A stretch of DNA of 47,642 nt. Source: an uncultured Bacteroides sp. (GTDB lineage: Bacteria; Bacteroidota; Bacteroidia; Bacteroidales; Bacteroidaceae). Positions 19,398 to 28,985 of this stretch are shown here, piece after piece; position 1 is the stretch's first letter, and each line of letters opens with the position of its first letter. The DNA lies in assembly GCA_964555225.1 (NCBI GenBank), contig CAZKSK010000001.1, positions 1-47,642 on the forward strand. Direction: 5' to 3'. Position numbers and translations under genes: made by a program. The notes beneath the pieces were generated by a model. It saw only the letters and a program-made list of their open reading frames with translations. It ran no database searches and was not told the origin of the DNA.

Positions 19398-19412
19398 ATA
19401 CTTTACTTTTAT

Positions 19413-20285
19413 TTATCGATTATTTGAAGTAAGTGTTGCACACTCTTTCATTTTCTTGACTATTTTTACAACCTCTATGCATTCTTTTACATCGTGTACA
19501 CGCAGTATGTTAGCGCCCTTTAACAATGAAATGGTATTTAGGATTGTAGTCCCGTTTAATGAACTTTCGGGAGAACCTCCGATATATTTGTATATCATAC
19601 TTTTTCTTGATATTCCAACCAAAACGGGTAATTCAAATATACCAAAATCTTGCAGGTGGTCGAGTAATTCATAATTATGCTCAATCGTTTTTCCAAATCC
19701 GAATCCCGGATCGAGAATAATGTCTTTTACGCCTTTGTCTCGCAATAATTGTACTTTTTTTGAAAAATAATAAAAAACCTCTTGAATTAAATTATTATAG
19801 TGCGGACTATTCTGCATATTTTGTGGAGTTCCCTGCATATGCATAATGATATATGGAACATTCAATTCTGCAATCGTGTCGAACATTTTTTTATCCATTT
19901 CGCCGGCTGAAATATCATTAATAATGTCAACCTTATATCTTTCCACACAGGTACGGGCTACATCGGCGCGGAACGTATCTACGGAAATAACAGCTTTCGG
20001 ATATTTATTACGTATCAATTCAAGAGCATGTGACAGACGCTCAGTTTCTTCTTTCAGACTAACATCATTAGCTCCCGGTCTTGACGAGTAGGCTCCTATG
20101 TCAATAATAGAGCCACCTTCTTCCAATATTTGTTGTGCTCTTTTAAGAATTCCTTCATCGGTTTGTTGCCTGCTTGCTGCATAGAATGAATCAGAAGTAA
20201 CATTTAATATGCCCATAACTTGTGGCTCCGATAGGTCCATCAGCCGTCCGTTTACATTGATAGTATAAGATACGAGTCCTTCCAT
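19413..20285 (-). CDS. folP: Dihydropteroate synthase
   Basis: MGILNVTSDSFY, DIGAYSSRPG, SVDTF, DPGFGFGK, GISRKS and LRVHDV. Start placed at ATG 20285 because a -7 box TACCTTTG lies at 20305-20312. Confidence 0.95.
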   Translation of the reverse strand: MEGLVSYTINVNGRLMDLSEPQVMGILNVTSDSFYAASRQQTDEGILKRAQQILEEGGSIIDIGAYSSRPGANDVSLKEETERLSHALELIRNKYPKAVISVDTFRADVARTCVERYKVDIINDISAGEMDKKMFDTIAELNVPYIIMHMQGTPQNMQNSPHYNNLIQEVFYYFSKKVQLLRDKGVKDIILDPGFGFGKTIEHNYELLDHLQDFGIFELPVLVGISRKSMIYKYIGGSPESSLNGTTILNTISLLKGANILRVHDVKECIEVVKIVKKMKECATLTSNNR

Positions 20286-20304
20286 GAAAATTATTACTTT
20301 ATCG

Positions 20305-20365
20305 CAAAGGTACATACAATTCTTGATTTTAACACGTAATGTTATTAATTTTTATTTTAACTTTG
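20305..20365. promoter_or_regulatory. Divergent -7 elements for folP-cdaA and murF
   Basis: TACCTTTG (minus, 20305-20312) and TAACTTTG (plus, 20358-20365). Confidence 0.55.
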
Positions 20366-20399
20366 TATCTTAAAAAGAATCATATGTGTGTAAAATAAT

Positions 20400-21701
20400 A
20401 TGGAAATAGAATCTTTATATCGTATATTCCAGCAACATCCAATTGTAACAACAGATAGCCGGAATTGTCCTGCTGGGTCAATCTTTTTTGCTTTGAAAGG
20501 AGAATCTTTTGACGGAAATACTTTTGCGGCTCAGGCCTTAAAACAAGGGTGTTCTTATGCTGTAGTCGATGAACCTCAGTTCGCTGATAAGAACAATCCT
20601 AATATTTTGTTAACGGAGGATGTGTTGAAAGCTTTACAACAATTGGCTACTCATCATCGGAGATGCCTGGGGACCCGTATTATAGGTATTACGGGAACAA
20701 ATGGAAAGACTACAACTAAAGAGCTCATTTCTACTGTTTTAATGCAAAAGTATAATGTACTTTATACCCAGGGAAATTTTAATAATCATATCGGAGTTCC
20801 GTTGACTTTACTTCGTTTGACTTCCGAACATGATATTGCGGTGATAGAAATGGGTGCCAATCACCCTGGTGAGATAAAAACTTTAGTGAATATTGTTGAA
20901 CCTGATTATGGTATTATAACAAATGTGGGTAAGGCACATCTGGAAGGTTTCGGATCTTTTGAAGGGGTTATTAGAACGAAAGGAGAACTTTATGATTATC
21001 TTCGTCAACGGGGAAATAGTACGGTTTTTATTAATAATGATAATCCCTATCTGAATGATATTGCAAAGGGTCTGAATCTCGTACGTTACGGAAAACAAAA
21101 TAATGATGATCTTTTAGTGAGTGGAGAGGTAACGGTTTGTGATCCTTACTTAACTTTCTGCTGGCGTGAAAAACATTCTTCCGAACATGAGGTTCATACA
21201 CATTTAATAGGTTCTTATAATGTGGATAATGCTTTGGCTGCGGTTTCTATCGGTTTATATTTTGGTGTTGCTCCCGAACAAATAGATAAGGCCTTGGGTG
21301 GTTACATACCTCAAAATAATCGTTCTCAATTGAAAGATACTAAGAGTAATAAACTTATTATAGATGCCTATAATGCCAATCCGACCAGTATGATGGCTGC
21401 ATTGACAAATTATAGAGATATGAAAGTCTTTCCTAAGATGGCAATCTTGGGTGATATGCGTGAATTGGGACCTGCTAGTTTAGAAGAGCATCAGAAAATT
21501 GTAGATTTTATAGATTCTTGTCACTTTGATAACATATGGTTTGTAGGTAATCAATTTGCTTTGACTCACCATACACAGCGTACTTTCAAAGATGTTGAGG
21601 AAGTAAAGAAATCTTTAAAAGAAAAATGTCCACAAGGATATTACATTTTAATAAAAGGTTCAAACGGAATGAAGTTGTTTCAGTTGACTGATTATTTATA
21701 A
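20400..21701 (+). CDS. murF: UDP-MurNAc-tripeptide--D-Ala-D-Ala ligase
   Basis: TDSR, GITGTNGKTTTKE, NFNNHIGVPLTL, EMGANH, DAYNANP, LGDMRELG and IKGS. Confidence 0.97.
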   Translation: MEIESLYRIFQQHPIVTTDSRNCPAGSIFFALKGESFDGNTFAAQALKQGCSYAVVDEPQFADKNNPNILLTEDVLKALQQLATHHRRCLGTRIIGITGTNGKTTTKELISTVLMQKYNVLYTQGNFNNHIGVPLTLLRLTSEHDIAVIEMGANHPGEIKTLVNIVEPDYGIITNVGKAHLEGFGSFEGVIRTKGELYDYLRQRGNSTVFINNDNPYLNDIAKGLNLVRYGKQNNDDLLVSGEVTVCDPYLTFCWREKHSSEHEVHTHLIGSYNVDNALAAVSIGLYFGVAPEQIDKALGGYIPQNNRSQLKDTKSNKLIIDAYNANPTSMMAALTNYRDMKVFPKMAILGDMRELGPASLEEHQKIVDFIDSCHFDNIWFVGNQFALTHHTQRTFKDVEEVKKSLKEKCPQGYYILIKGSNGMKLFQLTDYL

Positions 21702-21778
21702 TGTCTAGTATAAGACGTTTGAGTTAAGTGTAGGTCTATTTACTATAAAATAAATCTTTTAGTAATATAAATTTGAGT

Positions 21779-21825
21779 ATAAAGTGTTCGATATTGAATG
21801 AAATGTTCAATATCGAACACTTTAT
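21779..21825. repeat. Perfect 20-bp inverted repeat containing two tandem TGTTC-N6-GAA(CA) boxes; candidate enhancer (UAS) and/or murF terminator
   Basis: ATAAAGTGTTCGATATTGAA-tgaaatg-TTCAATATCGAACACTTTAT. The boxes are TGTTCGATATTGAATG (21785-21800) and TGTTCAATATCGAACA (21804-21819). Confidence 0.8.
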
Positions 21826-21864
21826 TTTTAATGTAAATCTCTGATTTGTAATTAGTTATTTCTT

Positions 21865-21880
21865 TGGCACGTCTTTTGCA
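21865..21880 (+). promoter_or_regulatory. Sigma-54 (-24/-12) promoter
   Basis: TGGCACG-TCTT-TTGCA is an exact match to TGGCACG-N4-TTGCW (GG-N10-GC), 28 bp before ATG 21909. The downstream operon encodes a sigma-54 activator. Confidence 0.85.
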
Positions 21881-21908
21881 TATTGAAAGTAAAAGAATTA
21901 TAAAAATT

Positions 21909-23156
21909 ATGGACAGAGAAATTCCTAAACAAACACTCTTAAAAGAGAAAAAAAAGAAAATCATTCGTTTTTCGGTGATTGGAATTGTGGTCATTGTAGC
22001 AATAGGTTTATTGATCGGTTGGATGCGTAGTAGTGTAAAGCGTAGCGATCTTATTCTTTCGAAAGTAGATAAGGGGATTATAGAAGTGAGTATCAGTGCT
22101 TCCGGTAAGGTAACTCCGGCCTATGAAGAAATTATCAATTCCCCTATCAATACACGTATTATGGAGGTTTACAAGAAGGGTGGTGATTCTGTATATGTGG
22201 GTACACCTATTCTTAAGTTAGATTTGCAAACGGCCGAAACAGATTACAAGAAGGGTCTTGATGAAGAAGAGATGCGTCGTTATAAACTTGCTCAATTGAA
22301 AGTGAATCATAACACGAAGCTGACAGATATGGAAATGCAAATAAAAGTTTCTGCCATGAAGTTAAATCGAATGAAAGTAGAGCTTGTCAATGAACATTAT
22401 TTGGATAGTATCGGAGCGGGAACGGCCGATAAAGTACATCAGGCAGAGTTGAGTTATAATGTGGCCCGGTTGGAATTGGAGCAACTTAGGAAACAATATA
22501 TTAATGAAAAAGCTTCATGTGATGCCGAATATAAAGTACAGGAATTGGATTTAAATATTTTCCGTAAGGCTTTAGCTGAAATCAAGAGGACTTTGGATGA
22601 TGCTCAAATACGATCTCCAAGGAAGGCCATTCTTACTTATATCAATAATCAGGTTGGTATGCAGATTTCACAAGGACAGCAGGTGGCTGTTATCTCTGAT
22701 TTGAGCCATTTTAAAGTGGATTGTGAGATTGCCGATTCATATGGTGATCGTGTATCGGCTGGAGGTAAAGTCATCGTGAAGGTTGGAAATCAGAAATTGG
22801 AAGGTTCGGTTAGCAGTGTAACGCCACTTTCCAAAAATGGAGTTATCGACTTTACGGTTCAGCTCAAAGATGATAGCAACAGTCAGTTGCGTTCCGGGTT
22901 AAAGACAGATGTCTATGTGATGACTTCAGTAAAAGCAGGAGTCTTGCGTATTGCGAATGGACCGTTTTATACAGGCCCGGGTGCTTACAGGATTTTTGTG
23001 ATGGATGGAAATAACGAAATAAAAAAGCGGAAAGTGGAGTTAGGTGAATCTAGCTTTGAATATGTTGAAGTGAAAGGTGGATTGAAAGTTGGCGATCAAG
23101 TCGTTATAAATGATATGAGTGAATATAAGAATCAAAATAAATTAAAAGTAAAATAA
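21909..23156 (+). CDS. MacA/HlyD-type periplasmic adaptor subunit
   Basis: MDREI start, single TM, SASGKVTP, coiled coil, IRSP and VELGES...VEV..GL..GD.V. The TTG start at 21864 overlaps the sigma-54 box, so ATG 21909 is used. Confidence 0.9.
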   Translation: MDREIPKQTLLKEKKKKIIRFSVIGIVVIVAIGLLIGWMRSSVKRSDLILSKVDKGIIEVSISASGKVTPAYEEIINSPINTRIMEVYKKGGDSVYVGTPILKLDLQTAETDYKKGLDEEEMRRYKLAQLKVNHNTKLTDMEMQIKVSAMKLNRMKVELVNEHYLDSIGAGTADKVHQAELSYNVARLELEQLRKQYINEKASCDAEYKVQELDLNIFRKALAEIKRTLDDAQIRSPRKAILTYINNQVGMQISQGQQVAVISDLSHFKVDCEIADSYGDRVSAGGKVIVKVGNQKLEGSVSSVTPLSKNGVIDFTVQLKDDSNSQLRSGLKTDVYVMTSVKAGVLRIANGPFYTGPGAYRIFVMDGNNEIKKRKVELGESSFEYVEVKGGLKVGDQVVINDMSEYKNQNKLKVK

Positions 23157-23161
23157 CAATT

Positions 23162-23827
23162 ATGATTACATTAAAAGAAATCAACAAGATTTATCGTACA
23201 AATGAAATTGAAACGGTAGCGTTGGAAAATGTGAATTTGGAAGTTGAAAAAGGAGAATTTCTTTCTATTATGGGACCTTCCGGTTGTGGAAAATCAACTC
23301 TTTTAAATATTATAGGATTACTCGATGCGCCTACAAGTGGTACGGTAGAAATAGCCGGAATTCGTGTTGAAGGAATGAAAGATAAGGCATTGGCAGCTTT
23401 TCGTAATGAAAAACTTGGTTTCGTATTTCAGTCTTTTCATTTGGTCAATTCGCTTAATGTAATTGATAATGTGGAATTACCATTACTTTATCGAAAGGTT
23501 GGTGCTCGTGAACGTCGTCGTTTGGCAGAAGATGTTCTTGAAAAAGTTGGATTAAGCCACCGTATGCATCACATGCCTACTCAGTTGTCAGGTGGTCAAT
23601 GTCAAAGAGTTGCAATAGCTCGTGCTATAGTTGGGAATCCTGAAATAATTCTTGCAGACGAGCCGACCGGTAATTTGGATAGTAAAATGGGGGCAGAGGT
23701 AATGGATTTGCTTCATAAACTTAATAAGGAAGACCAGCGTACGATTGTAATGGTAACACATAATGAAGAACAGGCAAAACAGACTTCAAGAACGGTTCGT
23801 TTCTTTGATGGTAGACAGGTTTCTTAA
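23162..23827 (+). CDS. MacB/LolD-type ABC ATP-binding protein
   Basis: GPSGCGKST, GFVFQSFHL, LSGGQCQRVAIARA, ILADEPTGNLD and VTH. Confidence 0.95.
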   Translation: MITLKEINKIYRTNEIETVALENVNLEVEKGEFLSIMGPSGCGKSTLLNIIGLLDAPTSGTVEIAGIRVEGMKDKALAAFRNEKLGFVFQSFHLVNSLNVIDNVELPLLYRKVGARERRRLAEDVLEKVGLSHRMHHMPTQLSGGQCQRVAIARAIVGNPEIILADEPTGNLDSKMGAEVMDLLHKLNKEDQRTIVMVTHNEEQAKQTSRTVRFFDGRQVS

Positions 23828-23849
23828 AAACAATTGAGAAAGGCAAATA

Positions 23850-25133
23850 ATGAAAACAATAATTAAACAAACTTGGGGGCAGATGAAACAACAGCCTTTA
23901 TTGACTGTTCTATCGATGTTGGGGACTTCGTTGGCGGTTTGTCTCATTATGGTGGAAGTGATGCTCCGTCAAGTTCAGACGGTGCCCTTTGCCCCGGAAA
24001 GTAATCGTGATCGTCTTCTGCATGTAAAATGGATGAGCGTAACTGAAAGCGGATCAGGTGCAAATGATAGTAGTAATGGGCCAATGAGCTTAAAAACGGC
24101 AAAAGAATGTTTTTTCGCCTTGAAATCGGCAGAGGCTGTTTCTGCCTATAATCGTTTTTTCGACACGATGCAAGCTTCTGTTCCCGGACAAACTCCGGTT
24201 GGAGTAGATGTAAAGCAGGTAGATAATAACTTTTTTCGTATATTTAATTATGCTTTTTTGAATGGGAAACCTATTTCAGCAGCTCAGAGTAAAGCTGGAC
24301 AAGCAGTGGCAGTAGTAAGTAGCAGTGTGGCACGTGCATTATATGGAACGGATAATGTGACAGGGAAAGAAGTAGAATTAAATTATGTACCTTATCGTAT
24401 TTGCGGAGTGGTACGTGATGTAAATCCATTGGCGGAAACGGCTTATGCTCAGATATGGATTCCTTATAACTCTACTGAAATGGTTAATAATTTATGGAAT
24501 AATGGAGTTATGGGGTTATTTTCTGTAGTGATTTTGGCACATAACAGTAAAGATTTTGATGCCATTCGTCGGGAATGTGAAAAACTACGCGCTGTTTACA
24601 ATCCATCAATTCGCCCGGATAGCATTTTTTATCGTGGTCAACCGGATACGCAGGAGGCGGAAGTTTTTCATTTTTCCGCAAATAATGAATCATCTGTAAA
24701 ACAGGAAAATCGTAGTATGTTTATTACTTTGCTTGTTTTATTGATTATTCCGGCTGTAAATCTGTCGAGTATGACACAAAGTCGTTTACGTCGAAGAATA
24801 GCGGAAATAGGTGTTCGAAGAGCCTTTGGAGCAACTCGAACAGAGATTATGCGACAGGTAGTAATGGAAAATTTAATGCTTACATTTGCCGGAGGTTTGA
24901 TCGGGTTGGTCTTTTGTTGGATAGTCAGTTATGTGGGAAGTGCAGAATTATTTACTAATATGAGTACGTCTATGTTGAATGTAGCTCCGGCTATTGATCC
25001 TTGGGTCTTATTTAATCCTCGCACATTTGCTTGGGTATTGTTGCTTTGTTTTATATTGAATCTGCTGAGTAGTGTCTTTCCTGCATGGAAAGCAAGTAAA
25101 ACTGCTATCGTAAATGCTTTGGGAGGTAAATAA
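23850..25133 (+). CDS. MacB/FtsX-type ABC permease (type A)
   Basis: N-terminal TM, PESNRDR, periplasmic domain, EIGVRRAFGA and C-terminal TM helices. Confidence 0.92.
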   Translation: MKTIIKQTWGQMKQQPLLTVLSMLGTSLAVCLIMVEVMLRQVQTVPFAPESNRDRLLHVKWMSVTESGSGANDSSNGPMSLKTAKECFFALKSAEAVSAYNRFFDTMQASVPGQTPVGVDVKQVDNNFFRIFNYAFLNGKPISAAQSKAGQAVAVVSSSVARALYGTDNVTGKEVELNYVPYRICGVVRDVNPLAETAYAQIWIPYNSTEMVNNLWNNGVMGLFSVVILAHNSKDFDAIRRECEKLRAVYNPSIRPDSIFYRGQPDTQEAEVFHFSANNESSVKQENRSMFITLLVLLIIPAVNLSSMTQSRLRRRIAEIGVRRAFGATRTEIMRQVVMENLMLTFAGGLIGLVFCWIVSYVGSAELFTNMSTSMLNVAPAIDPWVLFNPRTFAWVLLLCFILNLLSSVFPAWKASKTAIVNALGGK

Positions 25134-25161
25134 GGATGATAAAGAATAAAAGATTTGGGAT

Positions 25162-26421
25162 ATGAATAAAAAACTTTTTTCTCAAGTATGGAATGAACGG
25201 GGACACAATGTGAGCCTGTTTATAGAATTGCTTTTAGTAAGCGTTGTGATGTGGTATGTCGTTGATATGCTGTATGTTCGTTTGTCTGTTTACTTGGAGC
25301 CTTTAGGATTTAATACGGAACATTGTTATTTACTTGGTATGTCAAGCTTGGATAAAAAGAGCCCGGAATATATAGCATCACGAGACACTTCTACAGCTAT
25401 AGCAGCTGATGTGGCTGAGTTAATGGTACGTTTAAGTCATCGGCCTGAAATTGAAGCCGTAAGTTTATCACGGAATTCATATCCTTATAATGGAAGCAAT
25501 AGTAGTCAGTCTGTGAAGCTGGATACAATGAGTTTCGGTACCGATCAGAATTGGACTATTTGTCGTGTCGTATCGCCCGATTTTTTTCGTGTCTTTCGTT
25601 ATCATGGTGAAAGAGGAGAATCACCTGAACAATTATCAAAGATGCTGAATGGTGATCATGTTTTAATGGCTTCCGATAATTGTTTTAGCACTTATGGGAG
25701 AAAGATGACGGATTATATTGGCAAAGGTTTTAAATTTGGAGAGGATTCAACAAGATTGTATACGTTGGTGGCATCATTGCAACCTGTCCGTTACAGTGAT
25801 TATCAGGAAGCAAAAAATTGTTTCTCTGTTGTCTCTTTGTTCCCACAGGAATATTATGATACACATGAAGAACTTTGTGTACGAGTTCGTGAAAATATGG
25901 ATAATAATTTTATCGGAAATTTAAAGCACGATAGTGAACGACAATTACGTGTAGGTAATATTTTTATTACAAATATCCGTTCATTCGCCGATATTCGTAA
26001 AAGTTACGAAATGGGATGGACTACCCGGATAAAAACTTTTGCGGTAGGAGCATCTTTCTTGTTAATAAATGTATTTCTAGGTTTGCTTGGAACTTTTTGG
26101 TTCCGTACGCAAAGGCGTAAAAGCGAAATAGCTCTTCATAAAGCATTAGGTGCTACAAATAGGAATGTTTTCATGCGTTTGTTCAGTGAAGGAGTTTTAT
26201 TATTGACTTTGTCTACGATAGTTGCAATTGTTGCTGATTTGAATTTAGCTATAGCAGAATTAAATCAATATCATAATGGAACGACTTTAGAAGCTGACCG
26301 ATTCATTATTTGTGTAATGATCTCTTATGTATTAATGGTCGGAATGATTTTGTTGGGTATTTTGTTCCCTGCAAGGAAAGCCATGAGAATTCAGCCTGCA
26401 GAAGCTTTGCATGAAGAATAA
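25162..26421 (+). CDS. MacB/FtsX-type ABC permease (type B)
   Basis: QVWNER..N..LFIEL, FLGLLGTFWFR...R.SEIALHKALGA, and C-terminal IQPAEALHEE. Confidence 0.92.
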   Translation: MNKKLFSQVWNERGHNVSLFIELLLVSVVMWYVVDMLYVRLSVYLEPLGFNTEHCYLLGMSSLDKKSPEYIASRDTSTAIAADVAELMVRLSHRPEIEAVSLSRNSYPYNGSNSSQSVKLDTMSFGTDQNWTICRVVSPDFFRVFRYHGERGESPEQLSKMLNGDHVLMASDNCFSTYGRKMTDYIGKGFKFGEDSTRLYTLVASLQPVRYSDYQEAKNCFSVVSLFPQEYYDTHEELCVRVRENMDNNFIGNLKHDSERQLRVGNIFITNIRSFADIRKSYEMGWTTRIKTFAVGASFLLINVFLGLLGTFWFRTQRRKSEIALHKALGATNRNVFMRLFSEGVLLLTLSTIVAIVADLNLAIAELNQYHNGTTLEADRFIICVMISYVLMVGMILLGILFPARKAMRIQPAEALHEE

Positions 26422-26436
26422 ATAAAAAAGAAAGAA

Positions 26437-27705
26437 ATGAATGTATTATTAAAACAAACTCTGAATTTAATAAAGCAGAATCGTTTTTTCAGTATTGTGA
26501 GTGTATTGGGTACTGCTATAAGCATTGCTTTTGCCATGACATTTTATATGACGTATTATATTCATATAAACAATATGCATCCCGAAACAAATCGTGACAG
26601 AATGATTATTTCGGGCAACGGTTATTTTTTTAAAACGTCAGATAACAGTAATTGCAATAGTTTCTTGTCGCTTACGGCAGCAAGAACTTTGTTTGATAAG
26701 TTACCCGGAGCGGAGCTCGTAAGTTATTATACGACGCAATGGAATTTTTTGGGAACTTCTGATAAGACAGGCAAACGTTGCCAAGTGATGTGGACGGATA
26801 GTAACTTTTGGAAAATAATGGATATAAAGATATTGGCAGGTCGAACGTTTACCAAAGAAGATTGTGAAGTGGAAAATGCCGGAGTTATTGTTATCAGTGA
26901 GAAATTGGCACGTGATGCTTTCGGTTCTCCTGATGCCGCTATAGGTAAAACCTATTTTCGCAACTTCAAGCCTTATAGGGTAATAGGTGTAACGGAAAAT
27001 ATCAGTTCTTTATTTACATATGCCTATAGTGATGCTTGGATTCCTCTTAATATGGGTATGCCTGTACCTAGTACTTTGTCACTAGACGATTTATTTCGCG
27101 GAGCAAGTTGTCAAGCGATTATTCTTGGGAGGAAAAATGTCAATGAAGATGAAATAATGGACCAGATAGATCGTTCACTTTTAAACATGAATTCACATTT
27201 GGCCGATTATACGTTTCAATTAAATGATTGTACAACTTATGCAAATAGACAATTTTTCCGTGAAAAAGGGATTGATCGAAGAGCTCTTTTTGCCTTTCTG
27301 ATTATGTTGGTTTTAATTGTTCCGGCTATAAATATCAGTGGACTTATATCCTCTCAAATGGAGCATCGTCAAGAAGAAATCGGTATTCGTAAAGCATATG
27401 GTGCAGATCGATGGAGACTTATCCGACAACTTTTGTTGGAGAATTTGATATTATGTATAATCGGTGCTCTTTTAGGATTCCTATTGTCAATAGGTATTAT
27501 GGAAATGTGCAAAGATTTCTTGTTAGCTGCTACATCTACGTTGAAAGCCGGAAGTGATTTTAATGTCGGTATATGGATGTTTTTCCGTCCGGCAATTATA
27601 ATTTGTGTTTTTCTGGTTTGTTTGTTGTTTAATCTTATGTCGGTATTTTTTCCGGCATGGTGGTCTACAAGAAAGAATATTGTAACTATTTTAAAAAGAG
27701 AATAA
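26437..27705 (+). CDS. MacB/FtsX-type ABC permease (type A')
   Basis: PETNRDR, VPAINISG and EIGIRKAYGA; paralogous to 23850-25133. Confidence 0.92.
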   Translation: MNVLLKQTLNLIKQNRFFSIVSVLGTAISIAFAMTFYMTYYIHINNMHPETNRDRMIISGNGYFFKTSDNSNCNSFLSLTAARTLFDKLPGAELVSYYTTQWNFLGTSDKTGKRCQVMWTDSNFWKIMDIKILAGRTFTKEDCEVENAGVIVISEKLARDAFGSPDAAIGKTYFRNFKPYRVIGVTENISSLFTYAYSDAWIPLNMGMPVPSTLSLDDLFRGASCQAIILGRKNVNEDEIMDQIDRSLLNMNSHLADYTFQLNDCTTYANRQFFREKGIDRRALFAFLIMLVLIVPAINISGLISSQMEHRQEEIGIRKAYGADRWRLIRQLLLENLILCIIGALLGFLLSIGIMEMCKDFLLAATSTLKAGSDFNVGIWMFFRPAIIICVFLVCLLFNLMSVFFPAWWSTRKNIVTILKRE

Positions 27706-27708
27706 AGG

Positions 27709-28962
27709 ATGATAAAAAGTATATTAACACAGATTTGGAACCAGCGGCGGAGTAATGCTTGGTTATTTGCTGAATTATTCATAATTTTTATTATGCTGTG
27801 GTATAGTGTTGATGTGTTGTTTACTACGTATGTGGCCGCTAGTAGATCGAAAGGCTATGATATTTCACATCTTTATGATGTGTCAATAGGACACAAAAAT
27901 GATGATGTTAAAATGACTGATGATAATGCGGATAGTTTGACTAATGCTCGTAGAAATGAAGTGGATCAACTGGTTCGTCTCATCGGCCAGTATAATGGAG
28001 TTGAAGGTGTTCTCGTTTATGGAGGTACGGATCCTTATAATGGAGATGGAGGTATGTTTCAGGCATATACATTGGATAGTGTTCGGGCTACATCTTCTTA
28101 TATTCGTTATATTACTCCTGAATATATGAAAATTCTTCGTGTTCCTATGTTGGAAGGTCATTTAAATGACAAGACATGGAATGAAACGACAAGTCCGCAA
28201 CCTGCCATTATTACTAAAGATTTTGCCGATAGTCTTTTTCATTCCGATAGGAATCTGATGGGACGAGTTTTTATGGATTACTATCAAGGCATTCACTATA
28301 AAGTAGTCGGAGTATGTGCTCGTCAGAAATTTGATGACTATGGAGCATATCAACCGTTTATTTTTACTCCTATTTCAAATGAAAGGTATGCATATATGGG
28401 CAGTTATCGCCTTACTATTCGTGTAAGACCGGATGCTGATGTGAATTTTCAAGAACGTTTCATGAAAGAAATGTCTCCAGTATTGAATTCGGGTGAATAT
28501 TATTTGTTTAATATCCAGAGCTATAAGGAGAAGAAGCAATATGCGGATTTTTCGAATGGAGTGACTCAGGAAATTCGAGCGTCACAATTAATTTTGTCGT
28601 TCTTTATTTTTAATGTTTTCTTGGGACTGATAGGTTCTTTTTGGTTCAGAATTCGTCAGCGACGTGGTGAGATTGCTTTGCGAATGGCTTTGGGCTGTTC
28701 TCGCATACAGGTTAGAAACCAATTGTTTACGGAAGGTTTGATGTTGTTGGTTATTGCTATGATTCCGGCACTGTTGGTTAATCTGAATATTTATTTTGCC
28801 GGACTTTCCTTTAGTACGAGGATGGAAGAGTGTGCTTTACGGTTTGTAATCGGCCAGTTGTTAACATTTGGATTAATGGCTTTAATGGTATTATTAGGGA
28901 TATTATTTCCTACCAGACAGGCAATGAAACTTCAACCGGCTGAAGCTTTACATGAAGAATAA
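27709..28962 (+). CDS. MacB/FtsX-type ABC permease (type B')
   Basis: QIWNQRRSNAWLFAEL, FLGLIGSFWFR, EIALRMALG and LQPAEALHEE; paralogous to 25162-26421. Confidence 0.92.
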   Translation: MIKSILTQIWNQRRSNAWLFAELFIIFIMLWYSVDVLFTTYVAASRSKGYDISHLYDVSIGHKNDDVKMTDDNADSLTNARRNEVDQLVRLIGQYNGVEGVLVYGGTDPYNGDGGMFQAYTLDSVRATSSYIRYITPEYMKILRVPMLEGHLNDKTWNETTSPQPAIITKDFADSLFHSDRNLMGRVFMDYYQGIHYKVVGVCARQKFDDYGAYQPFIFTPISNERYAYMGSYRLTIRVRPDADVNFQERFMKEMSPVLNSGEYYLFNIQSYKEKKQYADFSNGVTQEIRASQLILSFFIFNVFLGLIGSFWFRIRQRRGEIALRMALGCSRIQVRNQLFTEGLMLLVIAMIPALLVNLNIYFAGLSFSTRMEECALRFVIGQLLTFGLMALMVLLGILFPTRQAMKLQPAEALHEE

Positions 28963-28985
28963 TCATAATTCTAAAAAAATGATAT

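Noticed and set aside
21743-21994. 83-aa minus-strand ORF as a possible cargo peptide
   Set aside because: It overlaps the sigma-54 promoter and the adaptor gene in antisense and has no recognisable features.
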